The notes: a model not told the origin generated them from the letters alone. A stretch of DNA of 64,000 nt from Promethearchaeota archaeon (GCA_048939625.1 JBHLPH010000008.1:1-64000); one strand, 5' to 3'; shown: positions 29,043 to 39,334, counted from the first letter of the stretch. Made by a program: numbers and translations.

Positions 29043-31019
29043 TTGCATTTGGAAGCGGTAAACGTGAAAAAAACTACTCTACTCCTCGGGCTTTTCTGCA
29101 CGGTGTTTTTATTGGCTCTTCTGATTACCCCGGCTGCAGTCCATGAGGTTACAACACCTTTTCTTAAAGGTGATTTAGCTTCGACACCACTGATTGTAAC
29201 AGCTCCCATCCAGCAACCTACTCCTCTTCTTATCCCACCAAGTCCATCAGGGGCATACGTAGCAATTGTTGTGGAAAATGGGCTTTGGGGCACCCCAGCA
29301 GTCCAGATTGCAGTGACCCAATACCGAACTGACCTAAATAATACAGGTTATAACACCATCTTGTATACAAGCACAATTCCAAATGCACCTACTCTACGTG
29401 GATTGCTCCAAACTTGGTATACTTCGAATAATATCATTGGTGCTGTTCTGATTGGAAACTTACCTTACATACGCTTTGAACATGGACTTAACACCTCTGG
29501 AGTTAGCGGAGGTTATGATAGTTTTCCAGCCAGCACTCCTTTCATCTGTGACTTATATTACATGGACTTAGATGGTAGCTGGTATGATACTGACACAAAC
29601 AGTGTATATGATAGACATAATGCTAGTGCAGGCTATGATATCTTTCCAGAAATCTATGTGGGGCGATTAGATGCAAGCACAAGAACATATGGTGGACAAA
29701 CCAATGCAAATGATATCATAATGCTTCTCAACAGAATTCATTCATATCGAACGGGTTCTGTTGCACGGACTCACCGCGCTTTAACCTATATAGATGATGA
29801 TTGGCAAGCATGGGCTAATGGAACATATGATGTTTGGCCTGCATGGTTTAACAATGCTTATTCTAATCACACAGACATTCATACTCCGGGAACTTGGACA
29901 AATGCTACTGATTGGCTATCGTATAGGTTAAACCAGGATTATGAATGGGTACATCTTTGTGCACACAGTACACCAACTTATCATGCTTTTGGCAAAACAG
30001 GTGGTCCAAGTGAAGGCACTGTTACTGCTGCACAGATACACAGTCAGGTTCCCACATTTAATTTCTACAACCTCTTTTCATGCTCGGGATCAAATTGGTT
30101 AAGTACTGATTGCCTAGCAACCACATATCTGTTCTCTGGTAGTCACTCTCTTGCAGTCATTGGATCTACAAAGACTGGAGGAATGCTTGGAGGCAATCAC
30201 TTCTATGACCCTATTGGGCAAAATGAAACGATTGGTCAAGCTCTCAAAAATTGGTTCACGGGGATTAAAAGCTATACCTATTATTACCTTGAATGGTTTT
30301 ACGGAATGTGTATTCTGGGTGATCCTTTTCTTACTACACATTACGATATCACGGCTTTGGCACCAACAATAACCTCGTCTACCCATCCTGATCCAACAGC
30401 CTGGTCTACCAATATCCTACCTCAATTCAACTGGACAATCCCAGCTGATGTAAATGGGATCGCTGGATACTACTATATTCTCGATCAAAATCCAACCACA
30501 ATACCTACTGCGAGCACTGGAACTTATACAACAGTTAACGGCACGGCTATTTCTACACCATTATCTGATTCCACTTGGTTTTTCCATGTGGTCACAAAAG
30601 ATACAGTTGGGAATATCGGTTCTGAAGCAGCACATTACCAAATTAATATTGATTCAACTAATCCGATTGTAATAATAAATTCGCCTATTGATGGTGCAAC
30701 TGTTTTATCGGAATTTATAATTTCTTGGTCTGTAACTGAAAACGGTTCAGGTTATAGTTCGGCAAATATCTATGTAAATGGATCAATCAGAACAACAGTC
30801 AATGCACCCCAAATGAACACAACCATCACTAATTTAGCTCTAGGTACTTATTCCATTAATGTCACAGTCTTTGATTTATCGGGATTCCAAGGCTCTCAGC
30901 AAATCACAGTTACTGTAATAACCCCACCAGTAATCCCCGGATTTCCCGTTGGAGCAATTATACTCGGAGTTACTTTCGCAATTAGTTTCGGGATAATTAA
31001 AAGAGGACGAAAACGTTAG
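29043..31019 (+). CDS. Secreted peptidase C25 (gingipain-like) protein with Ig-like domains and IPGFP-TM-basic sorting tail
   Basis: GAVLIG, DLYYMDLDG, PEIYVGR, His (HLCAHS)/Cys (LFSCS) dyad, ILGDP; C-terminal IPGFP+TM+KRGRKR. Confidence 0.75.
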   Translation: MHLEAVNVKKTTLLLGLFCTVFLLALLITPAAVHEVTTPFLKGDLASTPLIVTAPIQQPTPLLIPPSPSGAYVAIVVENGLWGTPAVQIAVTQYRTDLNNTGYNTILYTSTIPNAPTLRGLLQTWYTSNNIIGAVLIGNLPYIRFEHGLNTSGVSGGYDSFPASTPFICDLYYMDLDGSWYDTDTNSVYDRHNASAGYDIFPEIYVGRLDASTRTYGGQTNANDIIMLLNRIHSYRTGSVARTHRALTYIDDDWQAWANGTYDVWPAWFNNAYSNHTDIHTPGTWTNATDWLSYRLNQDYEWVHLCAHSTPTYHAFGKTGGPSEGTVTAAQIHSQVPTFNFYNLFSCSGSNWLSTDCLATTYLFSGSHSLAVIGSTKTGGMLGGNHFYDPIGQNETIGQALKNWFTGIKSYTYYYLEWFYGMCILGDPFLTTHYDITALAPTITSSTHPDPTAWSTNILPQFNWTIPADVNGIAGYYYILDQNPTTIPTASTGTYTTVNGTAISTPLSDSTWFFHVVTKDTVGNIGSEAAHYQINIDSTNPIVIINSPIDGATVLSEFIISWSVTENGSGYSSANIYVNGSIRTTVNAPQMNTTITNLALGTYSINVTVFDLSGFQGSQQITVTVITPPVIPGFPVGAIILGVTFAISFGIIKRGRKR

Positions 31020-31067
31020 CTAAAACAATCTGCACGCTTCTAGCAGCGTCTATTTCTCTTACTGGGC

Positions 31068-31847
31068 CTATTGACTATTGAGGATGTTTTCACATTTCTT
31101 GAAGAGCTGATCAATGCTCTGAGAAAATAGGTGGCTTGGACTTACTTGAACCAAGATTTGTCGGCTTCCGAGCTCTATAAGTCGTGTAAAGAGTGGGACA
31201 ACCGCTGCCACTTCAAATCCGTATTCTTGCTCGATATCTTTTTTGACCTCAGCATGGTCGTAGATGCCAGGAGCCTTGTTACAGACGATATAGGTAGAGG
31301 GTACACCTAGTTTCTTAGCGAGGGCTAATGTGATAGCAGTTCCCAGGAAGTCTTGTTGGTCTAATCGCATGATAACAAACAGCAAGTCGGTTGTCGCCAT
31401 CGAAAGTAGGGTTTCTTGGTCCAGCCCAGGGTGTGTATCAATGAAGAGATAGTCTAGGCTTTTGGCTTTGATAATTTGTTTGAATCCTTGGCGAAGAGCA
31501 GAAACCTCATATCCTTCCCGAATGATGGTTGAAATATCGTCAGCGTTTAAGCTTGCTGGAATAACATGTAAACTACCAGAGCGTAATTTCATGGCTTTAG
31601 TGTGGTCGATGGTAGCTTTTTCGATGTTACATTTCTTACGCAAATAATCGTTCAGGGTATATTTGAATCGTTTTCCGCCGAGGCCAAATAAGACGTGTAA
31701 CCCAGGACTTTGAATATCTGTATCAATGACACCGACATTCCGGTCTTTCATCGCTGCATACATGGCAAGATTTGCAGTCAAGTTACTCTTTCCCGTACCT
31801 CCACGGAAACTATGAACTGTTACGATTTTTCCCATTAGATTATCCAC
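31068..31847 (-). CDS. MinD/ParA-family ATPase
   Basis: HSFRGGTGKS deviant Walker A, DTDIQSPG, IDTHPG, NK. Confidence 0.9.
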   Translation of the reverse strand: MDNLMGKIVTVHSFRGGTGKSNLTANLAMYAAMKDRNVGVIDTDIQSPGLHVLFGLGGKRFKYTLNDYLRKKCNIEKATIDHTKAMKLRSGSLHVIPASLNADDISTIIREGYEVSALRQGFKQIIKAKSLDYLFIDTHPGLDQETLLSMATTDLLFVIMRLDQQDFLGTAITLALAKKLGVPSTYIVCNKAPGIYDHAEVKKDIEQEYGFEVAAVVPLFTRLIELGSRQILVQVSPSHLFSQSIDQLFKKCENILNSQ

Positions 31848-31930
31848 CTAGATATGAACACATGGTTTTTTGATATCCAGAGTAAGCCTGGCATTTCGAG
31901 GTACAAGTTCAGTATTATTAAACCATTGGT

Positions 31931-33211
31931 TTAAGTCAACCACTCTACGTTATCGCCTAGTTTTCGCAATACTATGATGAGCTTCTCTTCATCGACTCCA
32001 ACTCGCTGGGCAATATCCCCTGTGGTATTATTTCCATCACAGTATGATTTAGCATCTTCAAGGATTTTATACTCATCACTTGTTAACCCTACGGTTTCAA
32101 GATAGGCTAGGAATCGTCGGTCACTGGAAACTAATTTTGGATAAAATTGGACACGGCGAATATACCCGCGCGAGGATAAGTAACTAAGAATTTCTGAAAG
32201 TTGACGCCCATGAACGCCCGTTCGGGTTCGAATGTCCTCAACAGTAGAAATGCCATCAATTGCTTGGAGAACATCACGTCCAGGATTTCCAAAAAGGTTA
32301 TCAAACTCCCGCGCTTGCCCGGTACTCTCTGCAAACAGAGTGCTTTCCATCATGGGATTGGAGGTAAATACATCAAACTCGGAGAACGTCTCCGTTCCCC
32401 TTGTTTTAGGTTGCACTTTAACCATGCTAGAAGAGTCGATGTTAGCTAGACCATATACAAGAGGTGCAATAATCTCTGCACAGCGACCCACCTTCATATC
32501 TTCTCGGATAATGGCAAGGAAAACGAAATCTGGCTTTACTTGATGTAAAAAGAGTTTGGTATCTTCTTCCAGGGTTGTCTGGGTTACAGCAAAATAACTT
32601 GGGAGCTCCATACTCCGAGATTGCTGAATTTGACGCATCCCAACCTCGAGTTCATGTTGTTGTAATTTTGAGGAGATTACAAATCCATCATTTGAGAGAA
32701 ATGCAGTACGTAATATTCCAGGTTTTCCCTCGATGATATTGAGAAGTTCTTCTACTTTTTGCAATCCTTCAGGAGGAAGAATTGCGGTGGGATAACGCTG
32801 TTGAATTACAGGCAATTTATCATATTTACCAAGAATTTCGATCACATAATCACGAAAACCTACAAACAAATGAGACGAGATAACCGCTTTCTTCAAAACT
32901 TCATTGAACTGCTTTTGAAAGGCTTGAGCAATTTCTTTGATGATTACTCGGTAGATGTTTTCGTCATCATCCTGCCCTATGACAATAATGAAAAGTAGGT
33001 CCGCCTGGCTTTCGTAGACGAATTTATTCTCAGCGAAGGTGACCACCTGAATCTTCCCTTCCCCAATCTCTTCTGCAAAGCCTGCTTGAGCAGAAAGAAA
33101 TCCTGCCACAAGGGCATCTAATTTAGGAGCCCCATCTGGGGCGAAATTGAATAAAGGCATACCACCCTTTCGGAGCACAATAATTTCCTTCACTGGCAAT
33201 TGGGTCACCAA
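31931..33211 (-). CDS. Longin + roadblock + two winged-helix domain protein
   Basis: Longin EIIVLRKGGMPLF...LVAGFLSA; roadblock PGILRTAFLSNDGFVISS; wHTH IDGISTVEDI...L..RGYI and CDGNNTTGDIA. Confidence 0.65.
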   Translation of the reverse strand: MVTQLPVKEIIVLRKGGMPLFNFAPDGAPKLDALVAGFLSAQAGFAEEIGEGKIQVVTFAENKFVYESQADLLFIIVIGQDDDENIYRVIIKEIAQAFQKQFNEVLKKAVISSHLFVGFRDYVIEILGKYDKLPVIQQRYPTAILPPEGLQKVEELLNIIEGKPGILRTAFLSNDGFVISSKLQQHELEVGMRQIQQSRSMELPSYFAVTQTTLEEDTKLFLHQVKPDFVFLAIIREDMKVGRCAEIIAPLVYGLANIDSSSMVKVQPKTRGTETFSEFDVFTSNPMMESTLFAESTGQAREFDNLFGNPGRDVLQAIDGISTVEDIRTRTGVHGRQLSEILSYLSSRGYIRRVQFYPKLVSSDRRFLAYLETVGLTSDEYKILEDAKSYCDGNNTTGDIAQRVGVDEEKLIIVLRKLGDNVEWLT

Positions 33212-33309
33212 GACTTGACCAGTACTAAAACCTCGTATAGATTAACCTTTGTGTTATGAAAAACTTCAATCGCGACAAATATTGAAACGCTTATAATCCC
33301 AACATTCTA

Positions 33310-34821
33310 TTGTTCAGACCAGATATTTTGGTACCAGCGGAGACAAATTCCATGAAAATCGACCGAAATTGGGTTACCGCAACAATCCTTGCCATCCCAC
33401 TAGCTTGGGTAATTGCTTTTCTCCTATTTCTACGTCCAATCATTCCACTGGACTTTACAAATATTCTAGTGTTATCACTCAGCTTAATATTCGGGTTAAT
33501 TCTCGGGGGAATTCTTGCTGATAAACTTCGCAAACATTCGCTGATTCTTGTTTTAAATGAAATGTTGATACTTGCAATTGGTATCGTGCAATGGATTTTT
33601 CCATTAAGTTTTTGGCAAACATTCACAGGTCTTTTGTTTCTCGCTGTGCTCATCTTCTTACTTGGTTACGTATTAGTTTTGTTAACGATTTTTCTAAACC
33701 AACTGGTTTCCAGTGTACATCGTGGTCATATCGTTGGGATAGTTACTGTCATCACAGTTCTTCTAGCAGCATTTTTTTCTATCTTTTGGCAATTCCCTGT
33801 GTCTACATCATTTGTTCCAGCAATGACGGCAGGACTGATTCTCCTCATTCTCATTATAACCTTTCTCGTTCGACCTTGGAAAGAAGAATTGCAAATCTAT
33901 ATGGTTCCAGGCTTCATTCGACATTACGCAATTTGGTGGGGCATCTATCTAGCAGCCTATGGTCTCTATGTATGGGCCACACCAGTTGATCTTCGCTTCA
34001 TTTACGTAAGTCTGTTTAGCAATTTAATGCCTTTTCCAACCGAACTGATTTTAGTTGGACTCAGTGGCGCCATTTTTGTCTTCGCATTTCTTCCTGATAA
34101 ATTGGGTCGAAAACTGGTCTTTAACATTGCAACCCTCCTTCTTGGTCTATTGTGTATTTTTGGAGGAGCCCAATTAGACGAAACTATAGGCGTAATTGTT
34201 TCTCTAGTACTAACAATTTTAGAAGCATTTGTAATCGCCTTCATTATTGGTGTTGGGGCATGGCTAGTATGGGCTGAAATTGGCGCTGTTCGCAAGAAGG
34301 GCAGGCGAGCTGCGTTTGGATGGATGTTGGTGGGAATCCTCGGAACAATCCTCTGGGTCATCACGATACTCCCCTCGCAAGCGGAACTTTCTCTCCTTGT
34401 TTATCCTATCGCCGCTTCACTTGTGTTGATTAGTATCTTTCCACTCACAAATGCCCGGGAAGTTGTTTGGAATGAAAGAGTCATTGAAGATATTGATATC
34501 AGTGTTGACAGTCGACAGGTGAGTCGGGCAATTCGAGACTTGGAAGTAGACACTTCACTGAAAAGCATCAAAGAACAGAAAGAGGCCGAGGTTACTGAAC
34601 TAATGAAAATCCAGGGTCTCTCGAAGAAACAAGCTAAGGACCTACGGGATTTTGGGTATGAAACGCCCGAACTGATTACCCGAGCCGATGCTGAAACCCT
34701 TGCTCAGGCATTATCAATCTCTACAAAGAAGGCACAACAGATTATTGATAATGCTAGGGCAATGAAGAAACAGACCAGAAAGCTAGGTACAAAACCGTCG
34801 AAAACGCGAACAACTAAGTAA
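33310..34821 (+). CDS. MFS-like ~12-TM membrane protein with C-terminal HhH domain
   Basis: LADKLRK and PDKLGRK MFS loop motifs; C-terminal LMKIQGLSKKQAKDLRDFGYET...ISTKKAQQIIDNA. Confidence 0.65.
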   Translation: MFRPDILVPAETNSMKIDRNWVTATILAIPLAWVIAFLLFLRPIIPLDFTNILVLSLSLIFGLILGGILADKLRKHSLILVLNEMLILAIGIVQWIFPLSFWQTFTGLLFLAVLIFLLGYVLVLLTIFLNQLVSSVHRGHIVGIVTVITVLLAAFFSIFWQFPVSTSFVPAMTAGLILLILIITFLVRPWKEELQIYMVPGFIRHYAIWWGIYLAAYGLYVWATPVDLRFIYVSLFSNLMPFPTELILVGLSGAIFVFAFLPDKLGRKLVFNIATLLLGLLCIFGGAQLDETIGVIVSLVLTILEAFVIAFIIGVGAWLVWAEIGAVRKKGRRAAFGWMLVGILGTILWVITILPSQAELSLLVYPIAASLVLISIFPLTNAREVVWNERVIEDIDISVDSRQVSRAIRDLEVDTSLKSIKEQKEAEVTELMKIQGLSKKQAKDLRDFGYETPELITRADAETLAQALSISTKKAQQIIDNARAMKKQTRKLGTKPSKTRTTK

Positions 34822-34871
34822 TGGAAGTCCAGAGGGTGTAACGAGGGGCAAAAAAAGTAAAATTAGGGGCC

Positions 34872-36545
34872 TTGGAGACGGTAATGCCCATGATGGTGAA
34901 AAGACGGAAAAAAACTAAAGGGAAACGCAAACGCTTAGGGCAATTTTATACACCTAACTGGGTCGTCGACTATATTATCCGTCATACGCTGGGCCCTGCC
35001 TTCACCCAGGATCCAACCCGCCTTTTAGGAGAATTCACTGTTCTTGATCCAGCTTGTGGGGATGGAGCCTTTCTACTCGGGGCGCTTCGTTTCTTATCTG
35101 AAAAAGTGGATTCCTACCCTGCTGCAAATCAGCGATTACTTCGCCGTAGTATAGTTGACAGTATCCACGGTATCGATATTGATGCAAAAGCGATTAAAGC
35201 CTGTCAAGAACAATTAGAAAAAGCCAGCAAGACACTCTTAGGTTCACCAGCTGATTTCTCGCAGCGTGTACTCATTGGTAATAGCCTTATTCAAACTGAC
35301 ATGAATGCGAAAGAAATCTTTGGATCCACTCTGCAAAAACAGTATCCCGTCGATTGGCAGCGTGTCTACCCTTGGGTGATGCGTGATGCAGGGTTTGATG
35401 TAATCGTCGGAAACCCTCCCTTCCTTGGAATCAAAGCTATGGATCCTCAGATTAAGGAGTACATCCGCAGTCGCTATCGAACCGTCCACCAGCAATTTGA
35501 TATTCTCATCCCTTTCATCGAACTAGGTTTAACATTACTTCGACCAGGGGGTCGCCTCGGTTTCATCGTCAGCAATAAAGTACTCGCAGCAGATTACGGA
35601 AGCCTTCTCCGAAAGTCCCTTGTCAATAGCTATGTCATTGAACGGATGGTTGACATCTCCCATCTAAATATCTTCGAAGATGCTGCAACCTACCCCCATA
35701 TTATCATCATCCGAAAACCAAAATCTCCAGAAGACGTCAAGCACAATAAGATCCATATCCCCACACCACCAACTGACCCAAACGATATGGCATCAGAACC
35801 TGTTAAAGTCAATCAAGTCCCTCAACACTACTACACTACACTTCCTAATACCATCCTAGCTCCAGCACTAACCGAAAAGAAATTCTCTATACTTCGGAAA
35901 CTCATCCACAACACTATTCCCTTGGGTCAGGCGTGCACAATTCGCTGTGGAATCGCTAAAACTGGTTTTACTAAACAACTCCTTTCAGTCTCTGCCTATA
36001 AAGAACTCAGTCAAACCAGACAACAAAAAACTCTACCTTTTCTAAATGCGGGAGATGTTCGTCGGTATTACTTACGCCGCAAGAAATTTCTCTCTTACAC
36101 GCCCAAATTATCCACCCTTGATCAATGGCGAGATTTCGAAGAACCTAAACTTGTGATTGCAGGAATGGCAAAATGCCTACGAGTCGCGTTAGATCAAACC
36201 GGACATGCCCTGGGTCGCGTCTATTACATCACCCAAACACGTGCACCCTACAATCCCTATTTCATGCTAGGATTACTCAATTCGCGACTCATCAATGCCT
36301 ACTTCTCCTTGCTCTTTGTTGCGACGCATCTTCGTAGCGGATACATTCGCTATAACGCCACCTATCTGGAGCAAATTCCCCTCGTAACGCCAACCCAACA
36401 CCAGGAAGAACAATTAGCTGACCTCACCAAGCTAGTTGTTCAAAACCCCAAATACCTCACAAAGGGGCTAGACCACGAAATCGATGATGTGGTCAATAAC
36501 TTGTATGGCTTAAACGCTGACGAGGTTTCTTTGTTAGAAGAATAG
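34872..36545 (+). CDS. N6-adenine DNA methyltransferase (TaqI/Eco57I-like, gamma class) with C-terminal target-recognition domain
   Basis: GQFYTP, VLDPACGDGAFL, DVIVGNPPF, LLNS...LPL-type TRD; no adjacent endonuclease. Confidence 0.9.
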   Translation: METVMPMMVKRRKKTKGKRKRLGQFYTPNWVVDYIIRHTLGPAFTQDPTRLLGEFTVLDPACGDGAFLLGALRFLSEKVDSYPAANQRLLRRSIVDSIHGIDIDAKAIKACQEQLEKASKTLLGSPADFSQRVLIGNSLIQTDMNAKEIFGSTLQKQYPVDWQRVYPWVMRDAGFDVIVGNPPFLGIKAMDPQIKEYIRSRYRTVHQQFDILIPFIELGLTLLRPGGRLGFIVSNKVLAADYGSLLRKSLVNSYVIERMVDISHLNIFEDAATYPHIIIIRKPKSPEDVKHNKIHIPTPPTDPNDMASEPVKVNQVPQHYYTTLPNTILAPALTEKKFSILRKLIHNTIPLGQACTIRCGIAKTGFTKQLLSVSAYKELSQTRQQKTLPFLNAGDVRRYYLRRKKFLSYTPKLSTLDQWRDFEEPKLVIAGMAKCLRVALDQTGHALGRVYYITQTRAPYNPYFMLGLLNSRLINAYFSLLFVATHLRSGYIRYNATYLEQIPLVTPTQHQEEQLADLTKLVVQNPKYLTKGLDHEIDDVVNNLYGLNADEVSLLEE

Positions 36546-36662
36546 ATTTAAAAGGAATTAGTGTTCAAAATTCATCAAAATATAATATTCTCAAGCCATG
36601 AGAAAAGAAGCTTAGAATCAAAAACAATCCTATCTCTATATGAGAACAATCTGGTGAAATAA

Positions 36663-37307
36663 ATGGCTCATCAAGACGTTATCACATTCAAGCCCGAACG
36701 CATCAAAATTGTATATGACAAAAAAATCAATGAAATCTTGCTGGACCCAAATCATGCTCCAATCATCAAGGCACTGCGCAAGGGTCCCATGACCGTTCGA
36801 GAACTCGAAGAAGCTTATGCTACTGAGGCAAATAAGGATTCAGAACTCGAGGCGAAATCAGATAAAACCATTTATCGCTATCTGAAGGTCTTAGAGCAAT
36901 CAGATCTTGTTGTTCCTGCAGGTCAACGGGTAGTTATAGGAAAAACTGCTACAGAGACACTTTTTTCGCGAACTGCTGATGTATTCATTACTGGTCAAAG
37001 CGAAGAGGAATACTGGAGCTGTGAAACTGGAAAAGATCTCTGCGATAAAATGGCCATCATCCTTAGTAAAATTCTTGGAGACAAGAAAGCCGATAAAAAT
37101 TGCCTCGTCAAATTCATGAATGAATTCGACACCCTTGGAAACAAATACCTCGTCAATCTTGTTGAACAAGCTGATGACGAAATGCTGGATTTAATTACGG
37201 GAATTGATTGGGCTTACAAGGATAAGATTCTACGCTACGTCAGCATATTTACCATTGCGTTGAAGAACCCCAAACTCTTCGAAGAGCTCCGTGCCTGTTT
37301 TAAATAA
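36663..37307 (+). CDS. Winged-helix (ArsR-like) DNA-binding protein
   Basis: IIKALRKGPMTVREL...KSDKTIYRYLKVLEQSDLV; GGTGA SD. Confidence 0.75.
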   Translation: MAHQDVITFKPERIKIVYDKKINEILLDPNHAPIIKALRKGPMTVRELEEAYATEANKDSELEAKSDKTIYRYLKVLEQSDLVVPAGQRVVIGKTATETLFSRTADVFITGQSEEEYWSCETGKDLCDKMAIILSKILGDKKADKNCLVKFMNEFDTLGNKYLVNLVEQADDEMLDLITGIDWAYKDKILRYVSIFTIALKNPKLFEELRACFK

Positions 37308-37331
37308 TCTAAATCCACATTTGGCACTGTA

Positions 37332-38639
37332 TCATCCACTTTCTTCTGATTCAGCGTCAATTGATGCTAGTTTCCGCCGGTCACGAATCAAGAAGAAAGC
37401 TTCAACACAAATGGGAATGGCAATCATAATTGCCATGAGGGCAATTCCAATGGTGATGATTTGGTCAAAGGTAAATGGAAATGGGGGTCGGAGTGGTGGT
37501 TGATACCCAATTGCCGGGATAATATAATCTTCCATGATGGCAGCAAACGTTGCGTCCTCATACGCGGCTGTGAATACAACAATCAGGTTATGCTCTGGCA
37601 CCACGTTGATTTGTTGTCCATTATATCCAATTGCCACGTATGCATCAATGGGGAGGTTCAACCACCATTGATAGCCATAACCAATCGTGTCGGTGTCATT
37701 GTAAGGGGTCTCATGGTGTGTGGTGGAGAGATTAACCCAAGAGCTTGGAATAAGCTGTTCTCCATCCCAAGTGCCATTATTGAGGTATAAGAAACCAAAC
37801 TTCGCCATGTCCCGGGGCGTAAGGTGAAGATCTGATCCCCCAAACACGACTCCCTGCGGATCCGTTTCCCAGTTGTACTCGGTTATACCTAATGGAGAAA
37901 ACAAGTGGCTGTCTGCATAGGCGAGCGTGGTGTCACCCACCGTTTGATTAACGATCATGGAGAGGAGATGGGAGCCGCCACTATTGTAATCCCAGACAGC
38001 TCCCGGTTCATATCGCATTGGTTGATCTAACGTATACTGCACCCAATCGGGACTATTGATCATATAAGTAAAACTGCTTGTTGAACCATATGGCCATTCA
38101 TACCATGCTAGACCTGATTCCATGGTTAATAGGTGTTCGATAGTAATGGCTTCTTTTTCGCTAGTGCGGTTAGCAATAGTCCTTTCTGGGAAGAAGCTGA
38201 CCATGCTCTCATTCACGCCTACAATATGTCCTTCATCGATTGCCATTCCAATTAAAGCGGATGTCACGCTCTTTGTACACGAGTAAATGTTACCTCGGTG
38301 ATTCTGCCCATATGCTGAGTCGAAGTATGTTTCCCATACGATGTAACCATTTCGGATAATTAAAACTGATCGAACTAAGTGACCCCAATACAATTGCCGA
38401 ATATAGGCCTCCATGACTTGCAGTTGCGCTGAACTCATTCCTTGGGCTTCCGGACTTGTTGATCGCCAGCCATCGGTAGGCCAATAATCCGGGACTGCAG
38501 CTACGTAGAATGGATTCAGAGGTTCATAGTAAGCTGAGTTCGCTCCATGAAACACGATTGATATAATGAATAGAGTGATCCAGAATGCTCTACCAGAAGC
38601 CATGCTACTCACCCTAGTATACAGTGGCTGCTGTCTCAT
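37332..38639 (-). CDS. Membrane-anchored serine hydrolase (beta-lactamase class C family)
   Basis: SCTK (SxxK), HLLTMESGL, YNS, LTPRDMAKFG, GYNGQ; signal peptide and C-terminal TM. Confidence 0.9.
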   Translation of the reverse strand: MRQQPLYTRVSSMASGRAFWITLFIISIVFHGANSAYYEPLNPFYVAAVPDYWPTDGWRSTSPEAQGMSSAQLQVMEAYIRQLYWGHLVRSVLIIRNGYIVWETYFDSAYGQNHRGNIYSCTKSVTSALIGMAIDEGHIVGVNESMVSFFPERTIANRTSEKEAITIEHLLTMESGLAWYEWPYGSTSSFTYMINSPDWVQYTLDQPMRYEPGAVWDYNSGGSHLLSMIVNQTVGDTTLAYADSHLFSPLGITEYNWETDPQGVVFGGSDLHLTPRDMAKFGFLYLNNGTWDGEQLIPSSWVNLSTTHHETPYNDTDTIGYGYQWWLNLPIDAYVAIGYNGQQINVVPEHNLIVVFTAAYEDATFAAIMEDYIIPAIGYQPPLRPPFPFTFDQIITIGIALMAIMIAIPICVEAFFLIRDRRKLASIDAESEESG

Positions 38640-38845
38640 TTAGGTCTAATCTTATATGCTCATGGTATGTGGCAAGAATTTGTCTCAGAAGTATTCTGCT
38701 AATTATTGGGAGATATTAATGTGCTCTGGAATTGTTCTCTCACGTTATAGTATTTATTTTCTCCAAAACCGATATATTTATATTATAGTAGTAGATAGTA
38801 TTCTCATCCCGTAAGAATATCGGGACATATGGTGGTAAAAGAATA

Positions 38846-38983
38846 ATGTCAAAGAGAAAAATCAACTTCGCTCGCATCGGAGTCGGTGAGCGAGCAGCTC
38901 TTGGGTGCAGCAACCCTCACCCTACGCCGAACTTCAGTCGAGCCTACAAAGTCATGACCTCACGTCGTGGCTCAAAATGGTAA
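38846..38983 (+). CDS. Micro-ORF A, 45 aa (MSKRKINFARIGVGERAALGCSNPHPTPNFSRAYKVMTSRRGSKW)
   Basis: Translated by hand; GGTGGT SD upstream; TATA-like TTTATA about 65 nt upstream. Confidence 0.5.
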   Translation: MSKRKINFARIGVGERAALGCSNPHPTPNFSRAYKVMTSRRGSKW

Positions 38984-39019
38984 AGTCGAATACAGAACAT
39001 CAAAAGTTGGTGATAAAAA

Positions 39020-39103
39020 ATGGCAAATAAAAAACAAATTCAACATCGAAACGGCTCCAATAAAGATTACTTCGTTTATTCGTTAATCCTTGCCCGAAGG
39101 TAA
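39020..39103 (+). CDS. Micro-ORF B, 27 aa (MANKKQIQHRNGSNKDYFVYSLILARR)
   Basis: Translated by hand; GGTGA SD 6 nt before the ATG. Confidence 0.42.
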   Translation: MANKKQIQHRNGSNKDYFVYSLILARR

Positions 39104-39154
39104 ACGAATTCACACAACAAGAAGACAACCTTGACGAGGGGCTTGGGCTTTACG

Positions 39155-39334
39155 ATGATGTCACGAACTTGGGTCTTCCGGAACTTACGCATCATATACA
39201 TCCGTTGTCTACCCTGTAGGTCCACAAGCCTCAACGGTGCTGGTGGCCAGATCCAACCCCTCCAGCCTCTTGGTCAACATTCGCCGGAAGACCCACTACT
39301 TCTCTTTTCTCACCTTAATTCCGTGAAAATTTGA
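39155..39334 (+). CDS. Micro-ORF C, ~59 aa (MMSRTWVFRNLRIIYIRCLPCRS...)
   Basis: Same frame as track ORF 39131-39334; GAGGGG upstream but at long spacing; CxxC. Confidence 0.3.
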   Translation: MMSRTWVFRNLRIIYIRCLPCRSTSLNGAGGQIQPLQPLGQHSPEDPLLLFSHLNSVKI

